DNA of 64,000 nucleotides from Bacteroidetes bacterium GWF2_38_335 (GTDB lineage Bacteria; Bacteroidota; Bacteroidia; Bacteroidales; GWF2-38-335): NCBI GenBank assembly GCA_001769535.1, contig MEOH01000010.1, positions 128,414 to 192,413 of the forward strand, read 5' to 3'. Shown piece by piece: positions 60,689 to 64,000 of this stretch (position 1 is its first letter; each line of letters starts with the position of its first letter). The notes under the pieces were generated by a model. It saw only the letters and a program-made list of their open reading frames with translations, ran no database searches and was not told where the DNA came from. The position numbers and the translations under genes were made by a program.

Positions 60689-63600
60689 ACGGTCTTTCCT
60701 GTAAATTTCATACTGATTTTCTTTTGGAAATCGGCAATCCTGCTAAAGGTCTTTTTCAGCATGGATTGTTCAATCTCGGTCAGTTTCTTCGGAATAATAT
60801 AATTGTCGGCTTTTTTGTTTTCGTTTATCAATTTAATCTGATGATTAAACCTCATGAGCATTAAATAATTATAAGCGACAAGCAATTCCTCAAAATCCTC
60901 TTTTGTTATGGCTTGTGAGTTGAGCAGGTTTTTTAACCGTCTGATGGTATTTGTTTCTCTAATGCCATTTTTCAATGAATAAATTCGGGCAAAACTGACC
61001 AGCGGGACAATGGCATCTTTGATGTCAAAAGCTCCTGAATATTCATTGATATTGCGGGTTCGGATGTTCCCGAAAAAGTCAACTGGCGGTTTAAATTGTA
61101 AGGCGTTCTGTGCAAAGTTATAATAGAAGATATCAGTCTTTTCCATATCCTCGTGCACAAATTTGTTCAGTTCATCAACAAAAGTTTGTTCTCCATATAT
61201 CAGTCTGAAATCGAAGAATATGCTTATTCCGATCAGGGCTTTGGCGTCGGGAACAACAATCCAGTCGGCAAAATATTTTTTCCATTTAGTAAGCGGCTGG
61301 CACCATCTTGGGTTTTTAGCCATAATATCTCCAACACAGAAATTATATCCTGTTTGATCGAGCCAGTTGCAAACTTTTGTGCTCAATTCAAGAAAATACT
61401 GATTAACTTGCTCTGATTGGGCTGTGTCAACATCTTCGTAAATAATTGCATTATCCTGGTCGGTAGCCAGGGTTTGTTCCTCTCTTCCTTCACTTCCAAG
61501 TACTATGAAAGCAAATTTGACAGGAGGAGGACCTAATTCTTCAATGGCAAGTTCAATTAACTTGTAATTAATTGCATCGGTAACTGCGGTAATTATGCGT
61601 GTGATGTTTTGTGTATTTGCACCGCTTGAGAGCAGAGAATTTATTAATTGGGGAAGTTTTTCCCTTGCGTTTTGTATTTCTGCAACCGTTGATGCATTTT
61701 GTACTTCGTGAATAATAATTGATAAGGAATAGGTTTGGGCCTGCATAAGCTCCTCAAAATTAACCACTGAGGCTATTCGGCCAGTAGAATCAATCACTGC
61801 CAAATGACGGATGGATTTCTCCTGCATTTTAAGAATGGCTTCAAAAACAAGCGAGCTTTCAGGAATTGAAATAAGTGGCGAGCTCATTATTTTGTAAACC
61901 TGTTCCTGCTCATTAACCCCTGCAGCAATTACTCTTTCCTTTAAATCGTAGTCGGTTATTAGTCCGGCAGTATTGTCTTTATCCACATCAACCAGCAAAG
62001 CAGAAATTTTATGTTTCGACATGATCATTGCTGCGTTTTTGATTGATGTATTGAAATCGCAGTGGGGAGTTTCATGGGTAAAGTTTTTTACCGGCTGATT
62101 TAAAAACAACAAGGAAGTTTGAAGTTCAACCATAAGGTCTTCCTGTTTTTCAAGAAATTTTTGTTGCTCGGTGATATCCTGAATAACCCCGTCGCAATAA
62201 ATAAACTCTCCATTTTCATCTTCGGTGAGAACAGCTGAAAGGGCTACACTGATAATAACACCATCATTCTTCCTGAGTTTGATTATTTTGTTCTTGATTG
62301 TTTTTTCTTTGGACAGCAATGTCATGATTTCATTGCGACTGTTTTTATCTACGAAAAGATCAAAAATATTGGTATTAAAAAGTTCTTCGTTGGATGAAAA
62401 ACCCAGAATTTTCAGAGTGGCAGGGTTTGTTTCAATAAAACGGCCTGTTCTTCCCAGTGTTGTTCTGAAAACGCCCATTTCAAGGTTGGCGGTGAGCGAC
62501 TGATATTTACTGCGGCTGGCATTAAGTTCCTGCTTATTTTTATCAAGTTTCTTAACAACCATAATAAAACCGTTATCGTTGCCAATGGTCACTTTTGAAG
62601 TGGTTAGCTCAACATCAATCTGGATTTTATCTTTTCTGATAAGTTTTGTAATAAACTCAGTAGCTTCTTTTTCACCTGAGCTAATGGGCTTGAAAAATTT
62701 TATACCGTTATTGTCTTCAAAATCTTCTTTCAGGAAAAGGTCATTTAAATATAACTTAATAAATTCTTCACGAGAATATCCCAGCATGTCAAGCAGTACT
62801 TTATTTGAGTAAATAAAATCACCTTTCAGTATCATCATGGATCCTTCGGTGGATGCTTCAATAAGTTTTTTATACCGTTCGCGTGATTTCTTTAATTCCT
62901 CCTCTGCTTTAAGTCTTCTTTTTTCAATTCTTAAACTTTGGATAATGATAAACAGAAGTATGACAACAATAGCCGAAATTATCAGCAGTGAGATGTTGAT
63001 CATCCGGCTTTCCATGGCGCTAATTTCTTCTTTTACATCTTCGATGTAGATACCGGTTCCGATGATCCATCCCCAGGGTTCAAATCCTCTGACATATGAA
63101 AGCTTGGGAACGATTTTAGTGGAATCATCTTTCCACTGCCATTCATAATCAACATATCCTCTTTCATTTTTCTTGACCTCATTAACAAACTCAACAAAAA
63201 GTCTTTTACCTTTTGGATCCTGAAAGTCTCTCAGGTCTTTCCCATTAAGATCAGGACGGTATGGATGGACAATCATGTTTGGATGCATGTCGGTAATCCA
63301 GAAATAATCTTTATCTTCTTCACCGTACCTAAGATATTCAATCCTCGAAATAGCCTCATGCTGAGCCTGCTCCCGGGTTAAATTTCCTGCTTTTTCTTCG
63401 GTTTGATATTCATGGAGAATGCTCCAGGCAGAGTTGGTTAATTCCTTAATCATTTCCCTTTTTCGATCGAGCATATTTTTCTCGAAATTCGGAAGAATAA
63501 TGGTATAAATGGAAACAATAAAAAGGGTGATGGCTAAAACTGTGGGAACCACAATTTTTATAAAAAATGGTCTGAAGTTTTGTTTTAATCCGGGTTCCAT
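60685..63600 (-). CDS. Membrane sensor: single-Cache periplasmic domain, TM, two PAS, CBS pair, DUF294 nucleotidyltransferase plus DUF294_C
   Basis: ORF track, 971 aa. Cache-like DYFWITDMHPNMIVHPYRPDLNGKDL...KLSYVRGFEPWGWIIGTGIYIEDV between two TM segments. CBS pair around ISALLVDVDKDNTAGLITDYDL and IRHLAVIDSTGRIASVV. DUF294-like FAFIVLGSEGREEQTLATDQDNAIIYED. Confidence 0.75.
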   Translation of the reverse strand: MEPGLKQNFRPFFIKIVVPTVLAITLFIVSIYTIILPNFEKNMLDRKREMIKELTNSAWSILHEYQTEEKAGNLTREQAQHEAISRIEYLRYGEEDKDYFWITDMHPNMIVHPYRPDLNGKDLRDFQDPKGKRLFVEFVNEVKKNERGYVDYEWQWKDDSTKIVPKLSYVRGFEPWGWIIGTGIYIEDVKEEISAMESRMINISLLIISAIVVILLFIIIQSLRIEKRRLKAEEELKKSRERYKKLIEASTEGSMMILKGDFIYSNKVLLDMLGYSREEFIKLYLNDLFLKEDFEDNNGIKFFKPISSGEKEATEFITKLIRKDKIQIDVELTTSKVTIGNDNGFIMVVKKLDKNKQELNASRSKYQSLTANLEMGVFRTTLGRTGRFIETNPATLKILGFSSNEELFNTNIFDLFVDKNSRNEIMTLLSKEKTIKNKIIKLRKNDGVIISVALSAVLTEDENGEFIYCDGVIQDITEQQKFLEKQEDLMVELQTSLLFLNQPVKNFTHETPHCDFNTSIKNAAMIMSKHKISALLVDVDKDNTAGLITDYDLKERVIAAGVNEQEQVYKIMSSPLISIPESSLVFEAILKMQEKSIRHLAVIDSTGRIASVVNFEELMQAQTYSLSIIIHEVQNASTVAEIQNAREKLPQLINSLLSSGANTQNITRIITAVTDAINYKLIELAIEELGPPPVKFAFIVLGSEGREEQTLATDQDNAIIYEDVDTAQSEQVNQYFLELSTKVCNWLDQTGYNFCVGDIMAKNPRWCQPLTKWKKYFADWIVVPDAKALIGISIFFDFRLIYGEQTFVDELNKFVHEDMEKTDIFYYNFAQNALQFKPPVDFFGNIRTRNINEYSGAFDIKDAIVPLVSFARIYSLKNGIRETNTIRRLKNLLNSQAITKEDFEELLVAYNYLMLMRFNHQIKLINENKKADNYIIPKKLTEIEQSMLKKTFSRIADFQKKISMKFTGKTV

Positions 63601-63693
63601 TACGATCTTGGTTTTTTATTAACAAAAATACAATAAATCAAGACATTAAATATTGGTTTTATTTAATTATTAATCAATAGTGATTATTTTTCA

Positions 63694-63999
63694 TCAGGAT
63701 TCTCCCCTTAGGTGGTCAATGAAAATTGATTTAGCCTTTTCACTGAGAATTTCTTTCGGAAAAAACAATACTTGCCCATTGTCCAATTTCACAAAATAAT
63801 ATCTTTTATTTTGCTCCAGATGGTTTTTGCTCAGATCAATTTCAGCTTCCTTAGCCCGGTCCTTAAAGGTAAGTATGCCATTATTAATTTTAAAAAAAAG
63901 TTTTTCATCATTGAATTTAAGAGCAAACAGGGTAATTACCGGTCTGACTGAATAAATAAAACCAAAAGCAGCAGCAAAACCAATGGCAAAGGGGTCCAT
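63694..63999 (-). CDS. Hypothetical small membrane-associated protein (start may lie beyond the window end)
   Basis: ORF track, 101 aa. Hydrophobic N-terminus then a charged beta-rich part (YYFVKLDNGQVLFFPKE). The ORF abuts the window edge, so the N-terminus is unverified. Confidence 0.35.
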   Translation of the reverse strand: MDPFAIGFAAAFGFIYSVRPVITLFALKFNDEKLFFKINNGILTFKDRAKEAEIDLSKNHLEQNKRYYFVKLDNGQVLFFPKEILSEKAKSIFIDHLRGES

Positions 64000-64000
64000 T

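Overview
This is an AT-rich chromosomal segment that reads as Bacteroidota. Supporting signs are five proteins with T9SS C-terminal sorting domains, a GWxTD protein, a DUF5683-like gene directly after parA-parB, ribosomal protein bTHX, and OmpA/TPR/PD40 envelope proteins. I call about 50 protein genes. Most are core housekeeping or envelope functions: recR, rlmB, cysQ, parAB, hutI, an ABC-F ATPase, an ABC-2 exporter, a YfcC-type transporter and a fused LeuC/LeuD-like aconitase-family enzyme. The left end is a PAS-rich regulatory block. It holds a multi-PAS protein of more than 1251 aa that is open at the window edge and therefore absent from the ORF track, plus a PAS histidine kinase and NarL-type regulator pair. 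There are also two giant T9SS type-B cargo proteins and a putative peptidoglycan O-acetylation cluster (MltD-like, two SGNH, one MBOAT). I saw no rRNA, tRNA, CRISPR array, transposase, integrase, or recognisable phage or defence genes. Four signals are least explained. (1) A GC-rich hairpin-forming element flanked by 8-nt phased GACTTT microrepeats occurs as three near-identical 206-bp tandem units at 58.7-59.4 kb and two diverged units at 15.6-16.2 kb. (2) A small accessory islet at 52.0-54.5 kb carries an orphan Rhs-core-tip cassette with an unrecognised toxin domain, a YwqK-like immunity gene broken at an A7 tract, and a RelE/ParE-type TA pair. (3) Three tandem paralogous Cys-containing lipoprotein genes sit at 38.5-40.7 kb. 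(4) A Cache-PAS-PAS-CBS-DUF294 membrane protein lies at 60.7-63.6 kb. All domain calls come from motif recognition by eye and none was verified by a search. Hairpin and repeat coordinates are hand counted (+/- 2 nt).
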